64,000 bases of DNA. It comes from the human T2T-CHM13v2.0 reference genome, Homo sapiens. Shown here in pieces: positions 13,548 through 27,007 of the stretch (the first letter of the stretch is position 1; the number at the start of each line of letters is the position of its first letter). The position numbers and the translations under genes are program-made. The notes below the pieces were generated by a model, which saw nothing but the letters and a program-made list of their open reading frames with translations, was not told the DNA's origin and did no database searches. The DNA lies in the NCBI RefSeq assembly GCF_009914755.1, contig NC_060925.1, one strand, 5' to 3'.

Positions 13548-15029
13548 GTAAGCCAGTGCCCTGCCCAGCCCTGCTTCCTCTGTGAAGGCTCTGGAAAGAG
13601 TGTCACTTTCCCTAAGTTTTTGGTGGTGCTTTCTTGGACCCCTGACCTACCCCTATATTCCAGCAGAAAACATAGGCAGCTTTGTTTCCCCATTAGTATA
13701 CTTAATGAATTACAGAATCACATGCCCAAAGGAGATCTCGGGTGCCTTCTAATCCAGGCCCAGGGCTGGACTTTGAATGTCCCCGGAGTCACTGCTATGT
13801 GCTCATCCAGTCTCTATTTGATAGGGGCTCAGGTACTCTGTGTTCTAGGGCAGCCCATTTCTTTCTCAGAGAGCTTTTGCAATCAACAAACAGTATACTT
13901 GGCACCTATAGGGTGTCATGGTCTCTGTGAGCTCTGTGGGAGACAGCAGATTGTTTCTTAGTTTACTACTCTGCACTATGTATTTCAAGACTCTGTCACA
14001 TAGAAAAAGCTGGGAGCAGTATATCTGTTCAGTGGATAAGGCAGTGGAATCTGGCTGCACTGCTCTGCTGGGCAATAGCAGAGGTTGCCTGGCCCCTGCT
14101 TGAGAAGCTGTCTCTACACTCAGTACCCCTGGGCTGGGCTGGGCAGCTGTAGATCGCAACACATTTTCACGCCTTCCTCTTGAGCCTTTCCGTGGGTTGT
14201 TTGCATGCTCAGAGTGTGTGTGGGCTGTGGACCAGCAAATACCCATTGATCACATATTGTGCCAGAAACTGTGATAGAATTTTTTGCCTGTGAGCTCATT
14301 TAATCCCTGTAGTTCTGCTGCAGAAAAATGGGATGCCATTTTACAGATGAGGTAACAGACTCAGGGAGGTTAAGTAACTAGCTCAAGGTTATAGGCCTAG
14401 CAAGGAGCAGAGCCAAGATTCAAACCTAGATCTGATTGCAAAATTTTGTTCCAACTATACCAGTGGTTCCCCCAAACCATCCCATGAGCTCTTTTAAAAA
14501 TGCATCTTTCCTACTGAGATCCTACATCGTTCTGTCTAGGGCTGGTCTGGGAGCCTGTATTTTTAAAGTAGCCCAGAGGTGTGGATTGGAAACCAGTGCC
14601 CTTCACCACTCTGGAAGCCTCTCTGGATTTTCCAGATTGTTCATTGAAACTCTGCTCTATCCTAATTAATGCTTATTTACATGATTGTACTAAAGGTTAC
14701 CACAGGCTTCTAACATGGTTCTCTCAATTGGTACCTTTTTCCTACCACTAACCCTATTCAGAGCCTTCAGTGGCTACCAGAACCATCATATGGTTCTTAT
14801 GTCCCCGCCTTTACCACGTCCCAAAGCTCCTCCCCTCCAGCGAGGTGTGTCTGGAGCTATGTGGGGGCGGGAGGAAGGGTGAAGTGTTAAGAGACCCAAA
14901 GCCCGGAGAGGTGCTGCTAAGCTGGTCTGGGAAGGGCTTTGGCAGGGCACGGGCGGGCAGAAGGCGGGCATCCCAAATCAACAACCTTGCCTAACGCTGC
15001 CCCTCTGCTACCTCTTGTCTCCCCTGCAG

Positions 15030-15445
15030 TGGGCTCCCAGGACAGCTTGCTGGAGATCACCTTCCGCTCCGGAGCCCTGCCCGTGCTCTGTGACCCCACG
15101 ACCCCTAAGCCAGAGGACCTGCATTCGCCGCCGCTGGGCGCGGGCTTGGCTGACTTTGCCCACCCTGCGGGCAGCCCCTTAGGTAGGCGCGACTGCTTGG
15201 TGAAGCTGGAGTGCTTTCGCTTTCTTCCGCCCGAGGACACCCCGCCCCCAGCGCAGGGCGAGGCGCTCCTGGGCGGTCTGGAGCTCATCAAGTTCCGAGA
15301 GTCAGGCATCGCCTCGGAGTACGAGTCCAACACGGACGAGAGCGAGGAGCGCGACTCGTGGTCCCAGGAGGAGCTGCCGCGCCTGCTGAATGTCCTGCAG
15401 AGGCAGGAACTGGGCGACGGCCTGGATGATGAGATCGCCGTGTAG
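15030..15445 (+). CDS. NOS1AP: NOS1AP last coding exon, ending in the PDZ-binding motif EIAV
   Basis: Acceptor cccctgcag|; A+TG forms Met, then GSQDSLLEITF...LDDEIAV*; CpG-rich exon; TAG at 15443-15445. Confidence 0.97.
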
Positions 15446-18400
15446 GTGCCGAGGGCGAGGAGATGGAGGCGGCGGCGTGGCTGGAGGGGCCGTGTCTGGC
15501 TGCTGCCCGGGTAGGGGATGCCCAGTGAATGTGCACTGCCGAGGAGAATGCCAGCCAGGGCCCGGGAGAGTGTGAGGTTTCAGGAAAGTATTGAGATTCT
15601 GCTTTGGAGGGTAAAGTGGGGAAGAAATCGGATTCCCAGAGGTGAATCAGCTCCTCTCCTACTTGTGACTAGAGGGTGGTGGAGGTAAGGCCTTCCAGAG
15701 CCCATGGCTTCAGGAGAGGGTCTCTCTCCAGGACTGCCAGGCTGCTGGAGGACCTGCCCCTACCTGCTGCATCGTCAGGCTCCCACGCTTTGTCCGTGAT
15801 GCCCCCCTACCCCCTCACTCTCCCCGTCTCCATGGTCCCGACCAGGAAGGGAAGCCATCGGTACCTTCTCAGGTACTTTGTTTCTGGATATCACGATGCT
15901 GCGAGTTGCCTAACCCTCCCCCTACCTTTATGAGAGGAATTCCTTCTCCAGGCCCTTGCTGAGATTGTAGAGATTGAGTGCTCTGGACCGCAAAAGCCAG
16001 GCTAGTCCTTGTAGGGTGAGCATGGAATTGGAATGTGTCACAGTGGATAAGCTTTTAGAGGAACTGAATCCAAACATTTTCTCCAGCCGGACATTGAATG
16101 TTGCTACAAAGGGAGCCTTGAAGCTTTAACATGGTTCAGGCCCTTGGTGTGAGAGCCCAGGGGGAGGACAGCTTGTCTGCTGCTCCAAATCACTTAGATC
16201 TGATTCCTGTTTTGAAAGTCCTGCCCTGCCTTCCTCCTGCCTGTAGCCCAGCCCATCTAAATGGAAGCTGGGAATTGCCCCTCACCTCCCCTGTGTCCTG
16301 TCCAGCTGAAGCTTTTGCAGCACTTTACCTCTCTGAAAGCCCCAGAGGACCAGAGCCCCCAGCCTTACCTCTCAACCTGTCCCCTCCACTGGGCAGTGGT
16401 GGTCAGTTTTTACTGCAAAAAAAAGAAAAAAGAGAAAGAAAAAAAAGAATGAATGCAAGCTGATAGCTGAGACTGTGAGACTGTTTTTGTCCACTCTTCT
16501 GAATCACTGCCACTTGGGTCAGGGACCACAGCCATTGCCACCCTTGGCCCATCTCTCTGGGTGCGTGCCTTGAGCACACCTATAAAAAGTGCCATGTGCA
16601 ATTGTCTTATCTTTTATGATCTAGGCTTTGCCTAGGGATCACTACTCCTTAACGGGCTGGCTGGGGCGATGAGGAAAAACTCCTTTGCTCCTGTAAGGCC
16701 ATAAGTGGCTGTTAACAGATTTTCAAATGCCTGAAGAGATTGCTGAGACCTGCTAGAGTCATATGTTCGGGGAATTAAGTCTTTATCCTAGACAACAAGG
16801 TACAGATGCAAACTGCAGTGTTATTGGAGGGTCAATCGGCAAGGATATGATTATCCCAAAATGGAGTTCATCGACCCTAGCTTTCCTTTAGATTATATAT
16901 AAATAAAAGTGCAGTCCTCTTCTAATGGCCACAGTTGGTTTTCTTGTAGCCCAGAAAGTCCAAATTAAAGGAAATAAATTCAGTTTTATGTTAGCCTTCC
17001 TTGGTGCATCAGGGTGTCAGTGGAAATAGGATCAGATGGTGTGTGTGTGTGTGTTTTGTGTGTGTGTGTACACATGTGTTTATATATACATGTGTGAGGG
17101 AAAGTGTGTACATATATGTAGGATTGTAACCAGACGGAAAAGAATGAGGATCTCCAGGGTGTTTGAATCAGCAACAGATTTGTGTTTTCTAACATGCATT
17201 TAGTTGGAGAGGCATGGTTCTGTTTGTTTTGTTTTGATCTAATTTGCCATTGGAAATAGGTACAGTTACACAGAGAAGGAAGAACCAGGAAAGTGAGATC
17301 CATGAAACTAAATGAGCAGCTGTCAGAATCCAGTGTGGCTGAGCCTACCTAGCTTATGAAATCTAACCCAGGGTTCCCTGAGTCCAAGACCACTTAGATT
17401 ATTAAGATTTTGAACGTCCAGAGGAGTGAAAAGTCTGTTTTCTGAACGTAAGCCGGAGCTGAGGATAAAGCCAGAGGCCAGTGGATTAGGTGTATGGAAT
17501 GTGGATGGAGAGGGCTTGTGTGGGATGTGGCCAGGGAGTGGGTGAGGAAGGCCGCTTCTAAATGGCCTGTAAAAACTTGAGATTGGATAGACGAAAGGAA
17601 ATGGAGAAATTAAAGAATTGGAGAAACTAGTTATCTGTGTTGCTGACTTTGGGACCCATCCAAGACTCCTGCCCTTGGGGTGTTCCATGGTGGTTTCTTC
17701 CTGCCTGGGCGCCACCCTTTCCCCAGTTCAGGCCCTCCCTGGAGGACTAGTTTGTGTATTGGCATCCTCCCCAGTGGACCCAAACCAGCGCATACTTGGT
17801 GTGTGGAGATGGGAGACAAAGGACAGATCTAGGAGCCTTGAAGGATCACCAGCCACCGACCCTCCATCAGGGCCAACTGGGCAGGAAAGGGAACATTGCA
17901 GACCTGATTTCCCGACGATGTCACCCTGTCCTCCCTCCTTGCTTCTTGCTCTGCTAACTCAACTCTGCCTTCCTCTTTTTCATTCTTCTACTCTGCCCTA
18001 TATGGAGGACAAATGGACACCAGGGGTGCTAACCTTATTGGTGCCTGCCCCAGCCTACCCCAGGTGCCAGCAGACTCTCGTGCACAGGAGGCTCCCACAG
18101 TTATGGAGCCAGGAAAGAATTTCTCTGCACTGGATGGACTGTATATTGAGATTAAAAATTATATTCCTTATATTCCTGCTTATATCAATGCTCTCTCTGT
18201 AAAACCTCTTCCTAGCCTCATTTCTCTCAACTGATCTTGTTTAGGCGTTGTATTCCTTTTATTTACTCTTTGCTTGACTGCTTCCTCCTAACCCTCTACC
18301 CACTAGCACTCTACTTCCTAAAGCTGTTGTGTCATTAACTCTGTTGGATCAACTCTCTGGGAAAAGATTCTGTTAATGTAAGTGCACTTACTCCCTGGAT

Positions 18401-18453
18401 GTTGTCACTAGTCTAGTGGCTTTTGCTAAATAAACCTTTCTTATTTCTAGAAG
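15446..18453 (+). other. NOS1AP: NOS1AP 3'UTR (~3 kb)
   Basis: Repeat-poor sequence between the stop codon and AATAAA at 18429; further AATAAA at 16902 and 16973. End position approximate. Confidence 0.75.
18429..18434 (+). terminator. NOS1AP: NOS1AP distal polyadenylation signal AATAAA
   Basis: AATAAA followed by a U-rich downstream element (ttttccattgtcttttcttg). Confidence 0.75.
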
Positions 18454-18668
18454 CTTTTCCATTGTCTTTTCTTGCTGCTTCTATTCCACCTGCTCCTTCT
18501 CTCCCCCTCACTTCCACCCCACTTCCCAAGCCAAGTGGCATCAGCTCTGTGAGATGGTTCCCAAGGGTATGGGATTGAGGAAAGATTCACAAGTTCCCTG
18601 TAGGAGGAGAGGAAGATGGTGGCTTCATTTGCACTTTATATAGATCAGCCCTGCGGGATCAGAGGTAT

Positions 18669-18868
18669 CAGTGGTTCTTAACTAGGCCTGATTTTTCCTC
18701 ACCAGGGGACATCTGACAATGTCTAGAAATGTTTTTGGTTGTCACAAAGCTACTGGCATGTAGTGAGTGAAGCCAGGGATACTGATCAATATCCTACAAT
18801 GCACAGGACAGCCCCCCACAACAAAGAATCATCCAGCCCCAAATGTCAGTAGTCCTGAGATTGGGAAA
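18669..18868. mobile_element. hAT DNA transposon relic, MER20-like
   Basis: cagtggttcttaac...ggggacat..gacaatgtct.gaaa..ttttggttgtcacaa...ccccaaatgtcagtagt..tgag.ttgggaaac. Confidence 0.7.
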
Positions 18869-19009
18869 CTCGTCTACACCCATTTTTGCCGACTCTGCCA
18901 ATCCCAGGTTTTTTCAAACTCCAAATATCATTAGAATATGTGGGTAGTAGCAGCCAGTTGGTTTTTTTGGTTTTGGGTTTCAGGGCTTTTTGTTTTTCAG
19001 GTGTTTTTA

Positions 19010-19283
19010 AGGCAGGGTCTCACTCTGTCGCCCAGGCTGGAGTGCATGATCATGGCTCACTGCAGCCCTGACCTCCCTGGGCTCCATGATCCTCCCACTT
19101 CAGCCTCCTGAGTAGCTGGGACTACAGGTGTGTGCCACCACACCCAGCTAATTTTTCTATTTTTTGTAGAGACGGGTTTCGCCATGTTGTCCGGGCTGGT
19201 TTCAAACTCTTGAGCTCAAGCAATTCTCCCACCTTGGCCTCCCAAAGTGCTGGGATTGCAGGCATGAGCCACCACACCTGGCC
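19010..19283 (-). mobile_element. Alu (AluJ-like), antisense
   Basis: Reverse-complement Alu consensus. Confidence 0.92.
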
Positions 19284-19347
19284 AGCATCAAGTTCTGAGT
19301 GCTTGAAAAATTACTACATCATAGATATTTGCCAATATAACTGTGTA

Positions 19348-19666
<319 letters not shown>

Positions 19667-21664
19667 ATTATACTATTTCACGGACTTCATGACTAAATGC
19701 CTGAAATATGTAGTTGGTAGAAGTCTGAATAGGCCCATTCCAGAAATGTTCATACTGGGGACAAAACTGGCTCCTCCTCATACCTACCTCGGCGGGGATC
19801 ATGGTATCACTATGACACAGCTCAGCACAGAAGTCCTGATTCATGGGAATGTAGGCTTCCCTGCAAGGAGTACAAATGAAAGGGCAGAGGAGCCTGGTAA
19901 AGGAGGGAGTGTTTGAGGAATGAGGAGCTGTGGGATCACACAGAACAGACTTTAGAAAAGCCAGGTCACTTTGGCTGGAACTTTTAGCCATTTTGCAGGC
20001 AGAGGATGTGTTAGGCCTGATGGCTTCGTCAGGCCCAGGCTAGAGAGAAAGTTGAAAAGGTTAGATCAACTGGGTTCACATGCTCTCTGTTCTTTTCTGG
20101 CTAAGTGAACTGAACTGAGTTTTGTATTCTCATCTCGAAAATGGGGATAGTATAAACCACACAAAGCTACTATGGAAAGTAAATGAGATTGTATTTTAAA
20201 AGCACCCAGTAGAGAGTGCCTGGCAGTGACCCAGGGTACAGAACAATTTCCCTTTTAGGGAGCTTCCTTCTGCCTGCACCTGTGCTGCTCAGTACAGTGC
20301 TGGGTGCTCTTTCCTGCTCTGCTAAAACTTAGCTCTGTACTGAGAAAATTCCTGGGGTTACATTGATACAACATTAAATGTGGAATGTGGAAAACGCCCT
20401 GTCTTTAGGGAGAAGACACTAACCACGAGCACCTGGCAGGCGGGATGGGCACGTGCCATGGCACCTGGGCTCAGTCCCTGGCCTGCTTGTTTTCCTTCTC
20501 GTGATATGTTCTATGCCTGTTGTACAGATGCCATAGAGAAGGGAGCATGGGGTTGGCAAAGGACAGAGACAACAGTAGCTCGGAGTGAGGATTAAAAAGA
20601 TTGCCCAGAGCCACTCATCTGCCCTTTCAGGGCACAGGGTCCTGGGAGTGATGTCAGGGCTGCCTGGAGACCTCTGCACACTGGACTGGATAGGTTGTGA
20701 CCTTGTCCTGGATCCCAGCCCAGCTGGAGCCTGGCAGTCAATTGGACTTTGGGATGCAGGCTGGGTGGGGTTGGGGACAGAATGGGGTGAGAAGCATGGC
20801 TCGAGGGCACAGGGCCGCAGTGGTCTCACAGCACATGATGCGATGGGGATCGAGCCCAGCCTCCCTCCCACTCTGTGGGGAACGACCACAAATGAGGTTT
20901 TAGCAGCACACTGATAAGCAGAGCAGCTCTGCTAAGCCACAGATAAGACTCTGGAGGAAAAGCCTTTGGGAGGTGAGGGAGGACCCTCCACACCACCTGC
21001 TGGCCAAGCCCTGAGGGAGGCAAAGACCAGGGCGGGGGTTTGTGCCAGGGTCCCTGCAAGGCAGTGCCCACTGCAGTGGAGGGGCTACTGAGTCATCAGG
21101 GTGATAAAGCAAGAGGTAAATGAGGCCTGAAAGGATGACCAGCAAGCATTTGGTGCTTTTTAAAAACCACATTACAGTCAAGATAGATGTCTCTGCTGCA
21201 TCCCTGATGCTTATCCATCTTTCTGGGTCAGATGGACCAGGAGGTTCACTCAGAAATGGAGGCAGAGTCAGGGCTGCCCACTGGACACATTACTTGGTAA
21301 CAGGAAGCAATAGGTTCCCATGTTTACCTGCCTATTTTCACCTGGCTCAAAGCAGCCAAGAAAAGACGTCTCCTGGGTCAAAACTGATTCTATTCTGCCC
21401 CAGCACTGGATGGCTGTTCTAAGTGAATGATGGTAGTGCCTGAGAGCTCAGTCCCGGGTGAGCTCAGCCCCATCTGCCTCTTACCTGCCTTATACTCAGA
21501 GGCGTATTTTCCTCCACATTACCCCCTCAGAAGATCTACCGTCAAAGAAGCCTTTAAAACTGCAGAGATTCTTCCCCATGCAAATAGGAAAGGGCATCCA
21601 GCCCCTTCTTCCCAGGGTGGGGCAAGGACTGACCACATAGGGACCAAGCAGAGGCCAGAATCCT

Positions 21665-21830
21665 AGAGCAGTGCTTCTCACAGCTGAGCTGCATCAGAGT
21701 CACCTGGAGGGCTGGTTAGGACATAGACCGCCAGCCCCAGACCCATAGTTTCTGATTCAGTAGGTCTGAGGAGGGCCTGAGAGTTCCCAGGGGTTGCTGG
21801 TACTGCCAGCTGGGCACCTTTGAGAACCTC
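21665..21830. mobile_element. MER5A-like hAT relic
   Basis: cagtgcttctca..gcatcagagtcacctggaggg..tctgattcagtaggtctg..ctttgagaacc. Confidence 0.7.
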
Positions 21831-21866
21831 TATCTTAGATGATTTTCCCAAACTTCAAGTATTGTC

Positions 21867-21872
21867 TTTATT
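21867..21872 (-). terminator. SPATA46: SPATA46 polyadenylation signal (a second AATAAA lies at 22010-22015)
   Basis: TTTATT on the + strand, ~150 nt and ~10 nt beyond the stop codon respectively. Confidence 0.6.
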
Positions 21873-22024
21873 TTTAAAAGAGAGAAAGGGGAGGGTGTGT
21901 GCCTGGTGTTGCTAGGCAACCATTAGCCAAAGGTGATGAGAGCCGGGTTCTGGGAAGGACAGCAGGCTGTGCGGGGTGACCTCAGACTGGACAGAAGGCT
22001 GTGACTAACTTTATTGGCATCTCT

Positions 22025-22593
22025 CTAGAGACATAAGTAGGCTTCACCGCCAATTTGCCTAAGGTGTTCAGCAGGACTATTGAAGGCCTGGCAGCTGCCG
22101 GAGGAGAGCCTGTCTCCCAGCCGGGCCTTCTGCTCCTTGCTCCAGAGGGCTTTGAGCTTGCGGTAGTACACCTTGCAGCTGAAGCCCTCCCTGAAGCCCC
22201 TCTTGATGTGGCTCTTGAGGAAGTCCAGGGTGGGGTACATGCGGCAGCAGGCCACGCACTTGTAGCCATTCTGCTGTGCTGGGTGCCACCTGGAAGCCAT
22301 TAGGATGTCCTGGGATGTGATGGAGTCCAGGCCATGCCTGGATTTCTTGGTGGCTTCTCGAGGGCAAGTGTTCTCTGGGGAGGAAGAGGACGAACAGATG
22401 TTCTCAGCCATGTCCTCAGAAAGGCAGTTGTCCCACTTGCCCTCATCCTGCTGCACCTCTGGGAAGTCATAGGCCTCCAGCTGGCTCTCTTTGTCTGCAC
22501 ACACGAAGTAGCTGTAGGGGGAGAACCAGGGCCGGTAGATAGTGCAGTTCCGCCTCAGCTTCTCTCCGTGCTGGGTGTCCCCCAAGCTGCAGT
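22025..22593 (-). CDS. SPATA46: SPATA46 (C1orf111) exon 3, containing a C2H2/C2HC-like finger
   Basis: Acceptor cctttgcag|ac; encodes DCSLGDTQHGEKLRRNCTIYRPWFSPYSYF...GGEAYLCL*; 569 nt. Confidence 0.95.
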
Positions 22594-23266
22594 CTGCAAA
22601 GGAAAGGACCAGGTCTGAGTCTCTGGCAGGGAGCAGTGGAGCCAAGGATGCTGGAGCAGAAAGGTAAGAAGGCAAACATCAGGCATGACCTCGGTTACCT
22701 CCACCCCACCACGATTGCAGTTCTGAGAGCAGACGCAAGACAGTAGTAAGAGCAGCCGAGGGCATTCCTTCTCACTGCATTCTTTTTCTAGGGGTACAAA
22801 GGGCCGTTGGATCTTGGGGCAGGAGAGGCTGCTTTTAGTTGGTAAGCCTTGGTATTTGTCGAGGCCTTCCCCTCCTGGAGACACCATGTCCACTGACTCC
22901 TCTAAGGATAGACACAGACAGGTGACCCAGCGGATAGCCAAACCGGCGGCCTCCCACAGTCCCTCTTTTCGCCACCCATGGCTGTAACCCTTTTTTCAGC
23001 CTCACTGCTCATCTTGATCCCTCCACGGCCCACTCAGCCAGAAACTGCTCTTGCACACCAGTTTCAGAGACAGGAGAGGGGAGGCAAGGCGAGAGCCCCA
23101 GGCCTGTGGGTGTCTACCAAAGGAAGAAGGGCCAGATAGGAGGCTGCAGGTGACAAGACCGCGCATGGGGGTCCAGCTTCCAGACACCTCTGCTTCCTTA
23201 GGGAAGCAGCCCCTTTTCATCCTTAGCCTCTCACACATTCCCGCCCAGAGTCAGAGAAGTCCTCAC

Positions 23267-23380
23267 CTGGTGAGAGCACTGTGTTCTGTATCCCTTGCCT
23301 GACAATGATGCTTTGGTACTGGGGTGGCAGGGCCTGAGCTGGGCTGGATGCCTCAGTGGGTACTGCTGTCTTTGCAATGT
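23267..23380 (-). CDS. SPATA46: SPATA46 exon 2
   Basis: Acceptor ataacccag| and donor cag|gtgagg; 114 nt; encodes DIAKTAVPTEASSPAQALPPQYQSIIVRQGIQNTVLSP. Confidence 0.93.
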
Positions 23381-23975
23381 CTGGGTTATAGAAGAAACAC
23401 TGGTGAGCTGAGCAAGGTTGGGATTCCACTTTCTGGGACTCCCCCAGGCATACCTAGGGGCTCAACCTCTGTACTTCAAGGCATCTCAACGCTGAAACAG
23501 AACAGTGACCTCTCAAACTCAGCCAGGCAGAGCTATTCTGGATGACATCCTGGGGAATTCTGAATGGGGCCATTTCATTCAGGCCTCAGAAAGATCCTCT
23601 GGAAAGTGGGATTTATGATGTAGCCCAGATGACACCTCTCCGCCTGGCCTGCCCCTCATCTAACCCTCCTGCATCTCATCACGCGGATGGCTTCACTCCG
23701 CATTGCCAGTCTCCTGAGCATCCTGGGACCCAGAGTCACAGGCTGCAGAGCAATGTTCCATGCCCGCTTTGAGGATTGTCCAGTTGAAACATCTCATACC
23801 CACAGTCAGGGTTCCTGTGGGCCATCACTGCACGGCACACCCTGGAGTGCTAACACTTGGACAAAAAGCTGACCTGCCTCAAATCCCAGAATAGCAGCTG
23901 TGTTCAGTTTGGGGGACAAATTTATAAATGTCATATATGTAGACAAATGGATGCTTAGGAGGCCTACTCCACTGA

Positions 23976-24138
23976 GCAGTACTTCTCCATTTTACTGTGC
24001 ATAGGGATCCCCTAGGGATCTTGTTAATAACACAGATGCTGATTCAGTGGATCTGGGGTGGGAACCTGAGATTCTGCATTTCTAACAAGCTCCCAGACGA
24101 TGCAGACGTTGCAAGTCTAAGGACCGTATTTTGAACAG
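23976..24138. mobile_element. MER5A-like hAT relic
   Basis: ctgattcagtggatctggggtgggaacctgagattctgcatttctaacaagctccca. Confidence 0.75.
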
Positions 24139-24273
24139 GGAGTCCTCAGGGTGTCCAACTTTATTCCATGATGTGCTCATCAGTTTACGCTGCTGCTTAG
24201 GCTTCTCTGATTTGGCTAACTCCAAATCCTCTCCAAACTTGTCAAAACAGAGCTAAAACTAGTTTCTACTCTA

Positions 24274-24457
<184 letters not shown>

Positions 24458-24663
24458 GTTTTCCCCTTTCTTCCCTTACCAAAAATCAATACACAGCAGT
24501 AACTACTTACCACAAATGCAGCATTTTGAAAAATTATTTTCTCCCCATGCGTAATTTGACTTTCTCACTAAATCATGGTCCTGTAACATGATCTGGTAGG
24601 GTACTCAATTAAAAGCTTCAAAAAAAACCACATCTTTGTGGCCCTAGTGGCACCAAAGTTTAC

Positions 24664-24766
24664 CTGGCAGGCTGGTGGCACGAGAGAACATAATGTCGGG
24701 AAAAGCACTCAGGGCGGAGGAAGAGATTGGAGGTCCAGAGATGCTGAGGAGTGAGAAGTTCTCCAT
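24664..24766 (-). CDS. SPATA46: SPATA46 exon 1 (coding part)
   Basis: ATG at 24766; encodes MENFSLLSISGPPISSSALSAFPDIMFSRATSLP; donor cag|gtaaac. 103+114+569 = 786 nt = 261 aa. Confidence 0.93.
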
Positions 24767-25234
24767 ATTCTGACCACTGCGGGGGTACAGAGATCACACG
24801 CCTGCTCTGGAGAGGCTGGCTGGTTTGTCCAGAGGATAAACATTCTGAGCACAGTTGATGTCACAAGGCACATGATTCCACTACCAACTAGGTTACCCTT
24901 TGGAAGATGAATGGAGTCTACTGAAAGCAAGATTAAAATGTGTAAAGATTGTATTTGACTTGCCATTGCCCAGTGGCAGGCCCTGATTGACAATACCCAG
25001 AGAGAAGAATGTAGTAGAGATACTGTAGTGATGCTGTCTATTTGTCCCCTTTTATCTTTGTTATCATCAGTTTTCTGTGTTGACACTGTCTACCCCCAGC
25101 CCTCCAGCCCTGGAAACCTCTGTCCTGTCTGAATAATCTCCTTCCTTTTCTTCTCCTTTATCAGCCTAATCTCTGTCAGCAAATATTTTTATTGTTTTGT
25201 TTTAGTTTGTTTTTTGAGGTGTATATATTTTTCA

Positions 25235-25580
<346 letters not shown>

Positions 25581-26889
25581 CAATACAAAGAACACCCTTA
25601 TGCCCTGTATCCAGATTTTCCTATTAACATTTTACCCCATTTGCTGTATCCGTCCCCTTCCTCCTGCCCCCTGCCCCATGTGTATGTGTATATACTTAAT
25701 TTTTTCTGTGAACTATTTGAAGGTAAGTTATAAACACTATGTCCTTTTATACCTAAGTACTTCAATGTGTATTTCCTAAGAATAGGGGCCAAATATTGTT
25801 TTCAGTGGTTGGTGCTCTTTTTAGCAAGTGACTAAAGCACAAATGGGTGGCTTACTCAATACTATTTTGCTCATTGCTTAAGTCAGTTTGATGGGGAGAC
25901 TCTGGGACTCCAGAGAGGCAAGGTTGCCTCTTCGTTTCGCTTGTCCTATAACAACCTTGTGCACTAACGAGGTGTGGAATAAGGTGAAAGATGATTGTGA
26001 CACTTGGAAGATAAGCTGAAGACACCCCTTTCTAGATTATCACAACATGTCAACTAGATACAGAGCAGGGCTGCAGATCTAGATGGCAGGTATGTTTATG
26101 CTGCATGGGGAGCTATGGCCGCTCTGGAAATAGTGATGGGCTTGTTTTGCAGTGCTGTCGAGCATGTGTGAGTGAGGTGTGAGTTAGCTTCTGCACGTGA
26201 GAGCCCAGAGTTGTCTTCCTGTGTGTATTTATTCACGGTACTGAAACATTCGAAGGACAATGGGAGAACATGATTCCCCTCGTGTTCCTCCCAGATAGCC
26301 TGGTTTGGAACATTAGCATGTATTGGAAAGTAAGTTGAAGCCACATACTTTGGCAGTTTGGGGGGTATCAGCAATTTCATTTGGTCCATTATGGTGTAGA
26401 GAAAGCTCATGAGTCTGGGCATCAGCTTATGTGACTTCTAACCCTGCTCCGCCATGAGCTACCTGTGTGATATTGGGCAAATCTCTCTGCTACTTGGTTT
26501 ACCCATGTTATTAGTTTAGACTCTAAACTGGAATGGATGAACATCTTCCTGGCTAAAACCCAGTGACTGACATGTGGACAGTAGCATACTTGTGAGTGAT
26601 GCACACAGGACCCCGAGGACTTGGAATTGCATTCTGTCTTGACCCATCACATTTCTCCGACTGCCAACTTCAGACTCTCCCACTGCAACCTCAGACTTAA
26701 AGTAAAGGGAGCTTAAAATACTGGGGGGAAATATGGGAGGCAGAATCTCTCAGTGCCTGTGTAGAGTTTTTAAAATGCGACCCGGTTTTGGTTTAGTCAC
26801 TGAAAAGTTTGTGGGAGCCTGGCGGTTCCAGGGTGCACACCACTCCTTGTAGCAGGTCCCCTGTCTTGTGTGCTGTGTCCCCCCGAGGT

Positions 26890-27007
26890 ATGCTGGTGCT
26901 GGTGGCCCAGGCAGGAGGTGACACTCTCAAAGTGACTGGTCACTACGTAAAATGTGTCTTTCTTTTGTTTGTTTCCCACCTGCTTTCCGAGCCCCTTTCT
27001 CGGACAG
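26890..27007 (+). CDS. C1orf226: C1orf226 alternative first coding exon (315-aa isoform)
   Basis: ATG at 26890, 39 codons + 1 nt, strong donor cag|gtaaga; joins acceptor 29867 in frame, adding 43 aa before MFENL. Confidence 0.65.

Noticed and set aside
14917-15536. Overlapping antisense and alternative-frame ORFs over NOS1AP exon 10 (similarly over the SPATA46 and C1orf226 exons)
   Set aside because: Expected shadows of GC-rich coding sequence, with no independent support.
17618-18202. 194-aa ORF on the + strand
   Set aside because: It lies in the NOS1AP 3'UTR, starts at TTG, has no recognisable domain or splice context, and has the composition of chance UTR ORFs.
22594-22675. N-terminal part of the 216-aa ORF (MPSYLSAP...VLSFA)
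   Set aside because: It is intronic read-through upstream of the SPATA46 exon 3 acceptor; the true N-terminus comes from exons at 24664-24766 and 23267-23380.
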